Positions 9,429 to 21,760 of a DNA stretch of 64,000 bases are shown here, one piece after another. Numbering within the stretch: the first letter of the stretch is position 1; each line of letters opens with the position of its first letter. Source of the stretch: SAR86 cluster bacterium (lineage in GTDB: Bacteria > Pseudomonadota > Gammaproteobacteria > Magnimaribacterales > TMED112); assembly GCA_003331605.1 (NCBI GenBank), contig QOPD01000005.1, forward strand, positions 4,437 through 68,436, read 5' to 3'. The notes under the pieces were generated by a model. The model searched no databases, had not been told where the DNA came from, and worked only from the letters and a program-made list of their open reading frames with translations. Position numbers and translations under genes: made by a program.

Positions 9429-10898
9429 TTACAAAAATGCAATGACACAACCTAAACCGACAAGGGTCAGAACAATGGTATATGGAAGTGCTTTGATTAC
9501 CATTCTTAAATAAGACAACCCGATTAACGGTGCTAAGGAAGATGTAAGCAAGAATAAGAAAGCAGCTTGTCCATTGGGTGTAGCTACACTAGGTAAATTT
9601 GTTCCAGTATTGATAGCGATGGCTAACTTATCAAATTGTTCTCTACTTATGACATTGTTCTCCAGAGCTAAAACTATTTCGTTCATATAAACGGTTGCCA
9701 CAAAGACGTTGTCACTCATAGCGGATAAAATACCATTAGCAATGTAAAACATCGGAGCTTGCAGCTCAATTGAAGATTGCAGCACCACCGAAATTATAGG
9801 CGTAAACAATGCTTGATCATTGATTACTGCCACAATTGCAAAAAATACCACTAGTAAAGCTGTAAATGGCAAGGATTCTTCAAATGCAGGTCCTAATTTA
9901 TGTTCTGAAATTACCCCTTTTAAAGAAGTTAAACCAACTAATAGAAATAAACCTATTATCCCTACCGGAGCCAAATGCAACCCAAGTGCAACGATAAGAC
10001 AGACACCCAATAAGGCCTCTAATTTAAGATGTAGGTTTTGTAAGTCGGAACGTTCACTAGCTCTTTTTTCTGCTGTCTCAATAATCTTCAACCGTAAGGC
10101 TTCAGGCAATAGGGCACCATATGATGCTAGTTTAAATTTCTCAATTGCAAAACAGGTTAATATTCCCATTACCAATACCGGCATTGTAATAGGTGCCATT
10201 CGCATGAAAAACTCAGTAAACTCCCATCCAGCTTTAGTAGCAATTAATAGATTCTGTGGTTCACCAACAATTGTGCATACACCACCAAGCGCAGTTCCCA
10301 CCGCTCCATGCATAACTATGTCCGATAAAAAATTCTTACCCTGTGAAAACTCATCGGCACTAATCTGTTTCGATTTATGATGCTCATCAAATATTTTATA
10401 AAAACCTAGGCATACAGAAATCAAGACTGCTGTAACTGTAAGTGCATCTAAAAAAGCAGATAAGAAAGCAGCAGATATCAAGAATAAGAATGATAAAGTG
10501 CTTTTATTTTTAATTGATTTAATAATTTGAGTGAATATAACTAAGAGCAAATCTTTCATAAAAAAGATTGCAGAAACCATAAAAACCAATAGCAAGACGA
10601 CCTCAAGATTTGATTCAATCTCATGATAAACATGGTATGCATCTGTTAAACCAAGTGCCAGGGCCTGCAAGGCCAGTAAACCACCTGGTTGAAGAGGGTA
10701 GCATTGAATTGAGAAAATTAAGGTAAAGATAAATTGCAATAGCAAAACCCAACCCATTATGAACCCACCATTAAGACCTAAAAATGAGAGGGCAAAATAT
10801 CCGATGGGATTAACGACTAAAAAAAAGATGATAGTTTTTTTATACCAGCTAGGGGCATTACCTAGAAAACTTTGAAATACATTACTTAATACTTCCAT
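9429..10898 (-). CDS. nhaB: Na+/H+ antiporter NhaB
   Basis: FLGNAPSWYK, SAFLDALTV, HGAVGTALGGVCTIVGEPQNL, GTNLPSVATPNGQAAFLFLL. Confidence 0.97.
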   Translation of the reverse strand: MEVLSNVFQSFLGNAPSWYKKTIIFFLVVNPIGYFALSFLGLNGGFIMGWVLLLQFIFTLIFSIQCYPLQPGGLLALQALALGLTDAYHVYHEIESNLEVVLLLVFMVSAIFFMKDLLLVIFTQIIKSIKNKSTLSFLFLISAAFLSAFLDALTVTAVLISVCLGFYKIFDEHHKSKQISADEFSQGKNFLSDIVMHGAVGTALGGVCTIVGEPQNLLIATKAGWEFTEFFMRMAPITMPVLVMGILTCFAIEKFKLASYGALLPEALRLKIIETAEKRASERSDLQNLHLKLEALLGVCLIVALGLHLAPVGIIGLFLLVGLTSLKGVISEHKLGPAFEESLPFTALLVVFFAIVAVINDQALFTPIISVVLQSSIELQAPMFYIANGILSAMSDNVFVATVYMNEIVLALENNVISREQFDKLAIAINTGTNLPSVATPNGQAAFLFLLTSSLAPLIGLSYLRMVIKALPYTIVLTLVGLGCVIAFL

Positions 10899-10923
10899 AA
10901 TAAAAGGTTACATTATACAGATT

Positions 10924-11709
10924 ATGTCAGAGATATTTCCTTGTTTTGAACACCAAACAGATATATTTGATAAAGAAAATCATATTTTTATTTCTAAAAC
11001 AAATAAGCTTCTATTCTGTCCAGTTAACAAAGCCTTTCTTTTTAATTCAAATTTTGGCTACCAAGAAGGCTATAAGATATTCAATCAAAATAAAGGTTCC
11101 ATATTCCTTCATATCGTAGAGGATCACCCTATAGAGAATCTTATATTTATGAAGCAAAAAGAAGTATTTCCTTTTTTAGATAGCGCTTCTTTAAATATCT
11201 ATTCAAGGTCAATCCAGCTTGCTAAATGGATTAGTAATTTTACTTACTGCCCTAAACATGGAAATGAATTATCTGTTGTTAAATCTGATCTTGCTAAATC
11301 CTGTGCTGATTGTAGATTCGATCATTACCCTAAAATGTCGCCATGTATTTTAGTGGTTGTTAAGAGTGGTAGCGATATTTTACTTGTAAAACATAACAAT
11401 GGTTCGCATTTTTTTACAGCAATTGCAGGCTTTGTTGAGTATGGGGAGACCATCGAAGGAACAGTAAGACGTGAGGTTTTTGAGGAAGTTGGTATTGAAA
11501 TTTCAAACTTGAATTATTTTAATTCTCAATCCTGGCCATTTCCCAATCAACTCATGATGGCCTTTACTGCAGAAACGAAGCAAAGAGCACTTACAATTGA
11601 TCAAAAAGAAATTTTGGAAGCCAGTTGGTTCAATAGTTCAACCCTACCGCAGGTTCCTCCAAAAATATCTTTATCAGGTCAGCTTATAAGAGAAGCCCTT
11701 AACTCTTAG
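10924..11709 (+). CDS. nudC: NAD(H) pyrophosphatase / NAD-cap decapping Nudix hydrolase
   Basis: Nudix box GFVEYGETIEGTVRREVFEEVG, SQSWPFP, Zn-finger remnant CPKH...CADC. Confidence 0.93.
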   Translation: MSEIFPCFEHQTDIFDKENHIFISKTNKLLFCPVNKAFLFNSNFGYQEGYKIFNQNKGSIFLHIVEDHPIENLIFMKQKEVFPFLDSASLNIYSRSIQLAKWISNFTYCPKHGNELSVVKSDLAKSCADCRFDHYPKMSPCILVVVKSGSDILLVKHNNGSHFFTAIAGFVEYGETIEGTVRREVFEEVGIEISNLNYFNSQSWPFPNQLMMAFTAETKQRALTIDQKEILEASWFNSSTLPQVPPKISLSGQLIREALNS

Positions 11710-13639
11710 CCCTTGGGTCGTTTTTTGCCCTTCTTTTTGGTTTATCTTTTGGCGCCTCAACTCTATTTCCAATATTATCATCAGGCAATGGCGCAGGAGT
11801 ATTTTCAGGCCTACTTTTTAGATTGCCGTTTACTGGTTTTTTTACAGTTCTATTGGGTTTTGCTGACGTCTTGCGTGATTGATCTTTTCGTGTTTGATCT
11901 TTGCGTTTTGAGTCAGAGTTAAAATTTCTTGGTTTACGCGCTCTCTGAGGTTGATTGGATCTCCTTGGTTTACCAGAGTATTTCTTAGATTTTTTTGGTT
12001 TATCTGTTTTTTCATCAGTCTTGAAAAAATTAAACAATGAATCCAGTAACCCTTTTTTATTGGTATCAACCTTTGGTTTATTTCTAAACTCTACATCTTC
12101 AACCAAAGCTTTTGATTTCTTTTTAGGTACTTTTAAGTTGTAGCTTGATTTATTTTGAAAAGCCAGCGATGACTCTTCAAGGTTTGCTTCATAATCGAAA
12201 TAAGCATTCTTTTTTATCTCAATTGTGTAATTATCATTTTGCTTATAAGGATCAATAAAAGTCATAATCTTGGTTCCAAACTTTATTTCGATTTCTGCTA
12301 GATTATTTCTATAGCGGTTCAATAATTCATTAGCCACATTAGGTGAAACTTTGAGTAAAAGAATGCTAGATCTATTATTGATAGATTTTTCAGTAACCAG
12401 CCTAAATATTGATTCGCAGACACTTGCAATTGACCTGACCCATATAGTTTTACCCATTAGATCATTAAGCGCTGGCTTAATTCGCTGTCTCGACATTTCA
12501 AGCAACCCAAATCTTGAGATATTATTCATTTGGATGCGTGCATGATCATGTTTGGTAGATTCATACATAGCCTTTTCAACTTTTGTATTATTCTTATCCT
12601 CTTCCATATCAATAAAATCTATAACAATTAGACCGCCTAGATCTCTAAGCTTTACTTGTCTACCAATTTCAGCTGCAGCTTCAAGGTTTGTTTTAAGTGC
12701 AGTCTCTTCAATGTCTATTCCTTTTGTTGATCTTGCTGAATTGATGTCAATTGATGTTAATGCTTCGCCACTGTCGATAACCAGTGAGCCACCAGATGGT
12801 AATTTTACCTCTCTTGAAAAAGCAGATTCGATTTTTGATTCAATTCCATAACTTGCAAATAGTGGAATCTCTTCTTCATATAATTTTATTTTTTCAACAA
12901 ATTCTGGAACTATTTTTGTTGCGTATGTTTTAGCATCATGAAAATCTTCTTGGTTATCTACAACAAGCTCACCAATATCTTCTTTAAAGTAATCTCTAAT
13001 CGTCTTTTGAATTAAACTCTGATCAGCGTAGATAAGTTGAGTTGCTTTTGATTTGGAAATGGCGCCTTCAACTTCTACCCATAGTTTTTTTAGATACTCT
13101 ATATCCCAATTGAGTTCTTCTATTTGCCTATCAATGCCTGCTGTTCTAATGATAATGCTCATTCCGTCTGGAACACTTAAATTATCCATTAGATTTTTAA
13201 CTTTGTCCCTGTCTTCCCCGCTAATTCTTCTAGAAATTCCACCACCAGATGGATGGTTTGCCATTAAAACTATGTATCTACTTGCTAGCGATATATAAGT
13301 CGATAGGGCAGCACCTTTGTTAACTCTTTCTTCTTTTTCAATCTGTACAACAATATCGTCACCTTCTTTAACTTTAAATCTATCAGATCCGGTTTTGGTA
13401 TTATCAAAATATTCAGGTGATAGTTCCTTGAATGGTAGGAAGCCATGCCTGGATGATCCAAGCTCAACGAATGCAGCTTCTAAACTTGCTTCGATTTTTG
13501 TAATCTTTGCTTTGTGTATGCTGCCTTTTTGGAAGTTATTGCTTTCAAATTCTAAATCAAAATCAATAAGCTTATCGCTATCAATTAATGCGCTTCTTTT
13601 GCCATTAATTGAATTAGTATCTATTAGTATTTTTTTCAT
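11699..13639 (-). CDS. rne: ribonuclease E with a short basic C-terminal tail
   Basis: S1 domain (SLEAAFVELG..RHGFLP), SIDINSAR, DLGGLIVIDFIDM, SRFGLLEMSRQR; 646 aa; divergent from rluC. Confidence 0.97.
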   Translation of the reverse strand: MKKILIDTNSINGKRSALIDSDKLIDFDLEFESNNFQKGSIHKAKITKIEASLEAAFVELGSSRHGFLPFKELSPEYFDNTKTGSDRFKVKEGDDIVVQIEKEERVNKGAALSTYISLASRYIVLMANHPSGGGISRRISGEDRDKVKNLMDNLSVPDGMSIIIRTAGIDRQIEELNWDIEYLKKLWVEVEGAISKSKATQLIYADQSLIQKTIRDYFKEDIGELVVDNQEDFHDAKTYATKIVPEFVEKIKLYEEEIPLFASYGIESKIESAFSREVKLPSGGSLVIDSGEALTSIDINSARSTKGIDIEETALKTNLEAAAEIGRQVKLRDLGGLIVIDFIDMEEDKNNTKVEKAMYESTKHDHARIQMNNISRFGLLEMSRQRIKPALNDLMGKTIWVRSIASVCESIFRLVTEKSINNRSSILLLKVSPNVANELLNRYRNNLAEIEIKFGTKIMTFIDPYKQNDNYTIEIKKNAYFDYEANLEESSLAFQNKSSYNLKVPKKKSKALVEDVEFRNKPKVDTNKKGLLDSLFNFFKTDEKTDKPKKSKKYSGKPRRSNQPQRARKPRNFNSDSKRKDQTRKDQSRKTSAKPNRTVKKPVNGNLKSRPENTPAPLPDDNIGNRVEAPKDKPKRRAKNDPRAKS

Positions 13640-13740
13640 GTTATCCCTTAAAAAAAGGATAAGAACACGCTGGACTTAGCTCCGTATAGGAACCTTATTT
13701 AGATTGAAGTTAATTGATCTTTTGTCCATTGTTCTTATCT
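13640..13740 (-). promoter_or_regulatory. structured rne 5' leader (candidate autoregulatory element)
   Basis: Perfect 10-bp inverted repeat at 13658-13667 and 13730-13739, inner TGGAC/GTCCA (13671-75, 13724-28), then 7 U and the AAGGGA RBS. Confidence 0.6.
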
Positions 13741-13821
13741 ATAATTAATATGTTTTATTTGTTTAGCTTTATTATGATGTAATTATTTCTGTTAAAGCTA
13801 AAGAAGTTATTCTACATCATA

Positions 13822-14709
13822 ATGAACAAAATTAAATTTTTAATTGTTAGTAAAGAAAATGAAGGCAGAAGGTTGGATAATATCCTTTTTGGTTTATTTA
13901 GAAAGATTCCCAAATCTAAAATTTATAGTTCCATCAGAAAAGCAAAAATAAAAGTAAATGATCGCAAATCAAAACCAGAATATAAAGTTAATATTGACGA
14001 CAAAATTTCTTACCCTACTTTTGTACAACAAGCTAATATAAATGAATCGCCTAATTTACAACAGCACCAAGAAAGAATTAGATCAGCGATCATTTATGAA
14101 TCTGATAAGTATGTAGTTATCAATAAACCACCAAATTATGCAGTCCATGGCGGCTCTGGGTTAAATTTTGGTGTTATTGAAATAATAAGAAGTTTGTATC
14201 CTTATTCTGATTCATTCAATCTTGCACATCGTATTGATAAGTTAACTAGTGGCTGTTTGATAGTTGCAAAAAAAATGTCAGCTTTGAGAGAAATACACAA
14301 ACAATTTAGAGAACGAAGTGTAAAAAAAGTTTACGAATGCATTGTTAAAGGATGCTGGCCACAATCATTAAAAAAAATAGAAAGCAAGCTTGAAACTGTA
14401 AAAATAAAAGAAGATCGAAGAACTCAAGCTAGCAATAATGGGAAATTATCTTTAACAAAATTTACTATTTTAGAGTCAAGTCAGGAATATACTCATTTAT
14501 TAGCTTTACCAAAAACAGGCAGAACACATCAAATTAGAGCTCATTGTGCGAATGCTGGTTATCCAATCATTGGTGATCCCAAGTATGGTGAAGGATCTAA
14601 AAATACAAGATTAATGCTGCATGCAAAAGAAATTCACTTTACTGATGATGGTAAATTGATCAAAGCCATCGCTAAAACAAGTTCTGCTTTTGGTGAAGAT
14701 ATTTTTTAG
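13822..14709 (+). CDS. rluC: 23S rRNA pseudouridine synthase RluC
   Basis: N-terminal S4 domain, NKPP..AVHGGSG, HRIDKLTSG (catalytic Asp), TGRTHQIRAH. Confidence 0.95.
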   Translation: MNKIKFLIVSKENEGRRLDNILFGLFRKIPKSKIYSSIRKAKIKVNDRKSKPEYKVNIDDKISYPTFVQQANINESPNLQQHQERIRSAIIYESDKYVVINKPPNYAVHGGSGLNFGVIEIIRSLYPYSDSFNLAHRIDKLTSGCLIVAKKMSALREIHKQFRERSVKKVYECIVKGCWPQSLKKIESKLETVKIKEDRRTQASNNGKLSLTKFTILESSQEYTHLLALPKTGRTHQIRAHCANAGYPIIGDPKYGEGSKNTRLMLHAKEIHFTDDGKLIKAIAKTSSAFGEDIF

Positions 14710-14710
14710 C

Positions 14711-14795
14711 TGGTAGGGATGAACGGACTTGAACCGTTACGCCTTGCGGCATGCGAGTTTGAGTCGCACGTGTCTACCAATTCCACCACATCCCC
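14711..14795 (-). tRNA. tRNA-Leu (anticodon CAA)
   Basis: Reverse complement GGGGATGTGGTGGAATTGGTAGACAC...TGCGA-CT CAA AC-TCGCA, long variable arm, GGTTCAAGTCC...CCCTACCA; 85 nt. Confidence 0.96.
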
Positions 14796-14817
14796 AATTG
14801 TTGATATCATACACAGA

Positions 14818-16967
<2,150 letters not shown>

Positions 16968-16974
16968 GAGTTAT

Positions 16975-17277
16975 ATGAACGAAGCGGCAGCACCAACATT
17001 TTTCCCATTTTTGATGTTATTGTTTTTCTTTCTATTTGTTTATTTCGTAACGATTAGACCACAACAAAAAAGAAGAAAAGAGCATGAACAACTAGTTTCA
17101 GGTTTACAAAAAGGTGATGAAGTTATGACCTCATCTGGTTTGGTTGGCAAAATAGAAAATGTCAAAGAGAGATACGTCTCAGTAAAGCTTAATGAAAATG
17201 TGACAATAAACATGCAAAAAGAATTTATTTCTTCACAATTACCAAAAGGCACAATAAGCAGCATTGAATCACAGTGA
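16975..17277 (+). CDS. yajC: preprotein translocase subunit YajC
   Basis: One TM followed by IRPQQKR...LQKGDEVMTSSG; SD AGGAG upstream. Confidence 0.96.
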   Translation: MNEAAAPTFFPFLMLLFFFLFVYFVTIRPQQKRRKEHEQLVSGLQKGDEVMTSSGLVGKIENVKERYVSVKLNENVTINMQKEFISSQLPKGTISSIESQ

Positions 17278-19112
17278 ATAGATTTAAGGTTTGGCAGTAC
17301 TTTCTTATTTTTTCAGTACTTATACTGGGAGCCTTATTTGCGTTACCAAACATCTATCCGTCAAAACCAGCTTTACAAATTGCTGTTGGTGATTCAAGTG
17401 TGCAATTAAATGATAATTTTTTAGCCGGAATTAAAAATGAGTTAACTAAAGAAGAAATCTCATATCAATCTATTGAAGCTAGTGAAGCTTCTGTAAAAAT
17501 CGTATTGGATGATGTTGAATCTCAGCTAGCATCCAGAAGGGTTTTGGCTGATTACTCTGGAGGAGATTTTATCATTGCCCTTACATCAGAACCATCAACA
17601 CCAGAGTGGTTACAAAATCTTGGAGCTAGTCCTATTAACTTAGGTCTTGATTTAGCAGGAGGCATACATTTTCTTTTAGAAGTTGATACAGATAGATACT
17701 CTGAAGAACGGCTTTCCTCAGAAGCTGCATCGCTTACTGATGAATTTAAAAATCAAGGGTTTCTTGTAAATTTTGAATCATTCAATAATAGAGTTTTATT
17801 GAAATTTTCATCCCTAGATGATTTAGAAAAAGGAAGGGATTATCTAAATCAAAATAACTTTACCACTTCAGGAAGTAAATATTCACTTATTCAATCGAAT
17901 TTAGATTTAGAACTTAGATATACAGACAATTACCTTTCGGAAATAGTTGATTATGCTGTAGAGCAAAACCTTGTTGCACTTAGAAATAGGGTAAATGAGT
18001 TGGGTGTATCAGAACCAATTGTGCAGCGAGAGGGCAGGGGTAGAATAGTAGTTGAGCTTCCTGGAGTTCAAGACTCAGCATCTGCAAAAAAAATAATTGG
18101 AAAGACTGCAAATTTAGAATTTAGGCTCGAAGCTAGAAACAATGATTCTTTTTTAAGAAAAGAAAAATTTAATTATCGCAATACATTTCAAGGATCAGCA
18201 TTTTTAGAAAAAATTGTCATCTTGACCGGGGATAGTGTGACAAATGCACAAAGTAGTTTTGATGAAAATGGACGTCCTCAAGTAAATATTAGCTTAGATA
18301 TAGAGGGAGGAAGGGCGATGCAAAAAGCTACCAATGGAAATATTGGTAGACGATTAGGAGTTGTCTTGGTTGAAGAGAGAACCAAAACGTTTTTTGATCA
18401 AGACGATAACGTTGTTCAAGAATCCTATATTGAAAAGGGGATAATCAGTAATGCTACAATTCAAGCCGTGTTGGGCACAAGTTTTCGAATCACAGGCCTC
18501 TCTAGTTCAACTGAAGCCAGTGAGTTAGCTCTTTTACTCAGAGCAGGTGCATTGGCAGCACCTATGAAATTTGTTGAGGAACAAACCATTGGGCCTACTC
18601 TAGGTCAGGAGAATATTGAAAAAGGTATAAACTCAATAATCATCGGCTTTATTCTAGTTTTTATTTTTATGCTTATTAGATATAGATTATTCGGTCTTTC
18701 AGCCAACATTGCTCTAATGTGCAACTTAATTTTAGTCGTATCTATTATGTCTTTGGTTGGTGGAACTCTAACTCTCCCAGGGATTGCTGGAATTGTTCTG
18801 ACTGTTGGTATGGCTGTCGATGCAAATGTATTAATTTTTGCCAGAATTTCTGAAGAAATTAAGAATAATATCGATCCACAAAATGCAATAAGAAATGGTT
18901 TCTCTAAAGCTTTTAGCACCATTATGGATGCTAATATTACTACCCTGATTGTGGCACTAATTCTTTATGCCATTGGAACTGGTCCAATAAAAGGTTTTGC
19001 TGTGACTTTAAGTATTGGAATTGTGACATCTATCTTCACAGCTATATTGGTAACAAGATCTCTTGTTAATCTAATTTACGGCTACCGCGATTTGAAGGAT
19101 TTAAAAATATGA
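17274..19112 (+). CDS. secD: protein translocase subunit SecD (GTG start)
   Basis: NLGLDLAGG, RVNELGVSEP, IVVELPGVQD, GMAVDANVLIF, GPIKGFAVTL. Confidence 0.98.
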   Translation: MNRFKVWQYFLIFSVLILGALFALPNIYPSKPALQIAVGDSSVQLNDNFLAGIKNELTKEEISYQSIEASEASVKIVLDDVESQLASRRVLADYSGGDFIIALTSEPSTPEWLQNLGASPINLGLDLAGGIHFLLEVDTDRYSEERLSSEAASLTDEFKNQGFLVNFESFNNRVLLKFSSLDDLEKGRDYLNQNNFTTSGSKYSLIQSNLDLELRYTDNYLSEIVDYAVEQNLVALRNRVNELGVSEPIVQREGRGRIVVELPGVQDSASAKKIIGKTANLEFRLEARNNDSFLRKEKFNYRNTFQGSAFLEKIVILTGDSVTNAQSSFDENGRPQVNISLDIEGGRAMQKATNGNIGRRLGVVLVEERTKTFFDQDDNVVQESYIEKGIISNATIQAVLGTSFRITGLSSSTEASELALLLRAGALAAPMKFVEEQTIGPTLGQENIEKGINSIIIGFILVFIFMLIRYRLFGLSANIALMCNLILVVSIMSLVGGTLTLPGIAGIVLTVGMAVDANVLIFARISEEIKNNIDPQNAIRNGFSKAFSTIMDANITTLIVALILYAIGTGPIKGFAVTLSIGIVTSIFTAILVTRSLVNLIYGYRDLKDLKI

Positions 19113-20023
19113 TGAATATCCCTTTTACAAAGTTCAATAGGCCTGCACTGCTATTTTCTGCATTCATGTTATTTATAGCTGTAGGCGCACTCTTTCTGAA
19201 AGGTCTTAACCTAGGACTAGATTTCACAGGAGGGGTTTCAGTCGAGCTAAAGTATGAATCGAAAGCTGACCTTGAAAAAATTAGAGGAAGTCTAAATGAA
19301 ATTGATGGAGCTAATTTTGTAGTTTTAAATTTCGGGAGTGATGAAGACGTCTTAATTAAATTTCAAAGCGATGAATCCTTAAATTTAAATGCAGAAACTG
19401 TTATTGCAAAACTTCAAGAAGATAATTATTTAGGAGAGGTGACCAAAAGTGAAACAATCTTCCCACAAATAGGCGAAGAATTGCGAGATAAAGGTGGCAT
19501 TGCTATTTTAGTGGCAATTTTTGCTATTCTTTTGTACATCATTTTTAGATTTCAAATAAAATTTGGATATGGTGCCATTGCTGCGTTGGTGCACGATGTA
19601 TTAATCATTCTAGGAATATTTTCTTTATTCAATCTAACATTTGATCTTTCAGTGCTTGCTGCTCTACTTGCTATTGTTGGGTATTCTTTAAATGACTCAA
19701 TTGTTGTCTCAGACCGAATAAGAGAAAATCTCTTAGATAAAAACGCTAAGGGAAGTGCCGACAGTCTAATTAATCTCTCCTTAAATCAAGTGCTTACAAG
19801 AACAATTGTCACATCCTTTACAACCTTGTTGGTGCTTATAGCATTGCTAGTAGCAGGTGGTGCTGCTTTGCAAAATTTCAGCCTAGCACTATCTATTGGA
19901 GTTGTTGTTGGCTCATATTCATCTATCGTGATAGTTGTTGGCGTTCTGTTGGGGTTAAATCTTAGCGTAAAAGATATGGAGAAACCTAAAAATGAGCCTG
20001 AAGAGAGTTATTCTTTAGATTGA
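19109..20023 (+). CDS. secF: protein translocase subunit SecF
   Basis: LNLGLDFTGG, GYSLNDSIVVSDRIRE, TRTIVTS. Confidence 0.98.
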   Translation: MMNIPFTKFNRPALLFSAFMLFIAVGALFLKGLNLGLDFTGGVSVELKYESKADLEKIRGSLNEIDGANFVVLNFGSDEDVLIKFQSDESLNLNAETVIAKLQEDNYLGEVTKSETIFPQIGEELRDKGGIAILVAIFAILLYIIFRFQIKFGYGAIAALVHDVLIILGIFSLFNLTFDLSVLAALLAIVGYSLNDSIVVSDRIRENLLDKNAKGSADSLINLSLNQVLTRTIVTSFTTLLVLIALLVAGGAALQNFSLALSIGVVVGSYSSIVIVVGVLLGLNLSVKDMEKPKNEPEESYSLD

Positions 20024-20814
20024 AAACCTTTCTGAACACACTTCGATAAATCTTTAAAACATTTGGGTGTAGCTACAATTACGTGGTCATGATCATAGGA
20101 ATCAGGTACACCATTAAAGGAACTAATAAGACAGCCTGCACTTTGTGCTATAAATAATCCTGCTGCTCTGTCCCATAGCTGAAGCCCATAACCCCAAAAC
20201 CCATCAATTCTTCCTGAAGCTGCATAAGCTAGATCCAATGTTGTACAGCCTGATCTACGTAATGTCACATCGTAAGAATTCAGCTCCTTGATAGAGTCTA
20301 AAATAGAGTATTTGTAATTTTGCTCCGCATTAATATGCCCGACATTTGAAAGCATGGCATTTGTCAGTGTATTTTTTTTGCTTGCCCTAATTCTTTTATT
20401 GTTAAGTAGAGCTCCTGTCCCTTTGCCTGCACAAAAAACTTCATCTCGAACAGGATCAATAATAACTGCACAAATGACTTTCCCTTCAATAACGCATGCT
20501 AAAGAAAGAGCATAATGGGGGTATTGGTAAACAAAATTCCTTGTTCCATCTAGTGGATCAAGTATCCAATATTGGTCTTTATTTTCTAAGCCATCAATTC
20601 CAGACTCTTCTCCAAAATAACCAAAATCTGGGTAGTGTTGTTTTAAGTAATCAAAAACTTTTTCTTCAACCTGCTTATCCAGATTGGTAGTGATGTCATT
20701 TTTTCCTTTAGAAATTACTTCTAGATTATCTATTCTTTTACTAAAATGAATAATCTCATTGGCACCCTCATAAGATGCATTAAGTGCTCTGTTTAAGATT
20801 GGAGGCAATGACAT
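20008..20814 (-). CDS. suhB: inositol monophosphatase SuhB
   Basis: WILDPLDGTRNF, RRSGCTTLDLAYAASGRIDGFW, WDRAAG; divergent from trmJ. Confidence 0.93.
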   Translation of the reverse strand: MSLPPILNRALNASYEGANEIIHFSKRIDNLEVISKGKNDITTNLDKQVEEKVFDYLKQHYPDFGYFGEESGIDGLENKDQYWILDPLDGTRNFVYQYPHYALSLACVIEGKVICAVIIDPVRDEVFCAGKGTGALLNNKRIRASKKNTLTNAMLSNVGHINAEQNYKYSILDSIKELNSYDVTLRRSGCTTLDLAYAASGRIDGFWGYGLQLWDRAAGLFIAQSAGCLISSFNGVPDSYDHDHVIVATPKCFKDLSKCVQKGFQSKE

Positions 20815-20826
20815 AGTGACTATATT

Positions 20827-21558
20827 ATGAGTTTAGGCAGTCAAGTCAAAATAATTCTTATTGAAACAACAAATTCTGGCAATATTGGTTCAGCACTAAG
20901 AGCTATGAAGACGATGGGTTTTAGTGAGCTAGTTTTAGTTAATCCCAAAAATTTCCCATCAGATGAAGCTTTAGCTATGTCAGCCAATGCATCAGATTTA
21001 CTTGATGCTGTAAAAGTTGTGACATCGCTTGATGAAGCATTAGAGGATATAAACTTTGTTGTTGCTACATCCTCCAGAATGAGGCGTGTGCCTTGGCCAT
21101 GCGAATCATTGGAAGAAGCCTCGCCTAAGATTATTAAATATTCTGACACATCAAAAGTTGCGATTATGTTTGGTAGAGAAGATAGAGGGTTAACCAATAA
21201 TGAGCTGCAAAGATCAAATCTACATTTATCAATACCAGCCAACCCTGAATATCCTGTATTAAATTTAGCAATGTCAGTTCAGGTGGTATGTTATCAGCTG
21301 TACTTGGATAAAATTTTAGAGACGGAAGCATCACAAGCTCATTTATGGGATGTACCAATGGCTAAATCAAACCACATTAACAACCTCATTAATCATTTCA
21401 TTAATGTTGCAGAGCAACTTGAAGTCTACAATAAAGGCAATCCAAGACAAATTGGTGCTCGGATAAAAAGATTATTTACACGTGTAGGTCTTGACGAAAT
21501 GGAAGTAAATTTTTTAAGAGGCTTTTTATCTTCGATAGAGAAAAAAATAGAAGAATAA
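20827..21558 (+). CDS. trmJ: tRNA C32/U32 2'-O-methyltransferase (SPOUT)
   Basis: NIGSALRAMKTMG, MFGREDRGLTNNEL, NPEYPVLNLAMSVQV. Confidence 0.95.
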   Translation: MSLGSQVKIILIETTNSGNIGSALRAMKTMGFSELVLVNPKNFPSDEALAMSANASDLLDAVKVVTSLDEALEDINFVVATSSRMRRVPWPCESLEEASPKIIKYSDTSKVAIMFGREDRGLTNNELQRSNLHLSIPANPEYPVLNLAMSVQVVCYQLYLDKILETEASQAHLWDVPMAKSNHINNLINHFINVAEQLEVYNKGNPRQIGARIKRLFTRVGLDEMEVNFLRGFLSSIEKKIEE

Positions 21559-21603
21559 TCTTAGACTTTAAAAATCATAATTTGCTTATATAATTACTCC
21601 TGT

Positions 21604-21679
<76 letters not shown>

Positions 21680-21760
21680 TCTTCTTGATGTCATTCACTA
21701 TGACACAATTTTTTAGTGGTTTTTTTTAACCGTTTCTATAGAATCAAAATAGGAGCAATT

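Noticed and set aside
9820-10380. 186-aa plus-strand ORF, plus similar long antisense ORFs inside secD, rne, trmJ, trpB and natB
   Set aside because: Fully antisense to well-supported genes, with no motifs or RBS.
14719-14817. QueA N-terminal extension
   Set aside because: It is the antisense of tRNA-Leu; the ATG is inside the tRNA.
21688-21704. TGTCAT-N5-ATGACA inverted repeat after tRNA-Glu
   Set aside because: Weak AT-rich 6-bp stem; could be a terminator or operator, but the support is too thin.
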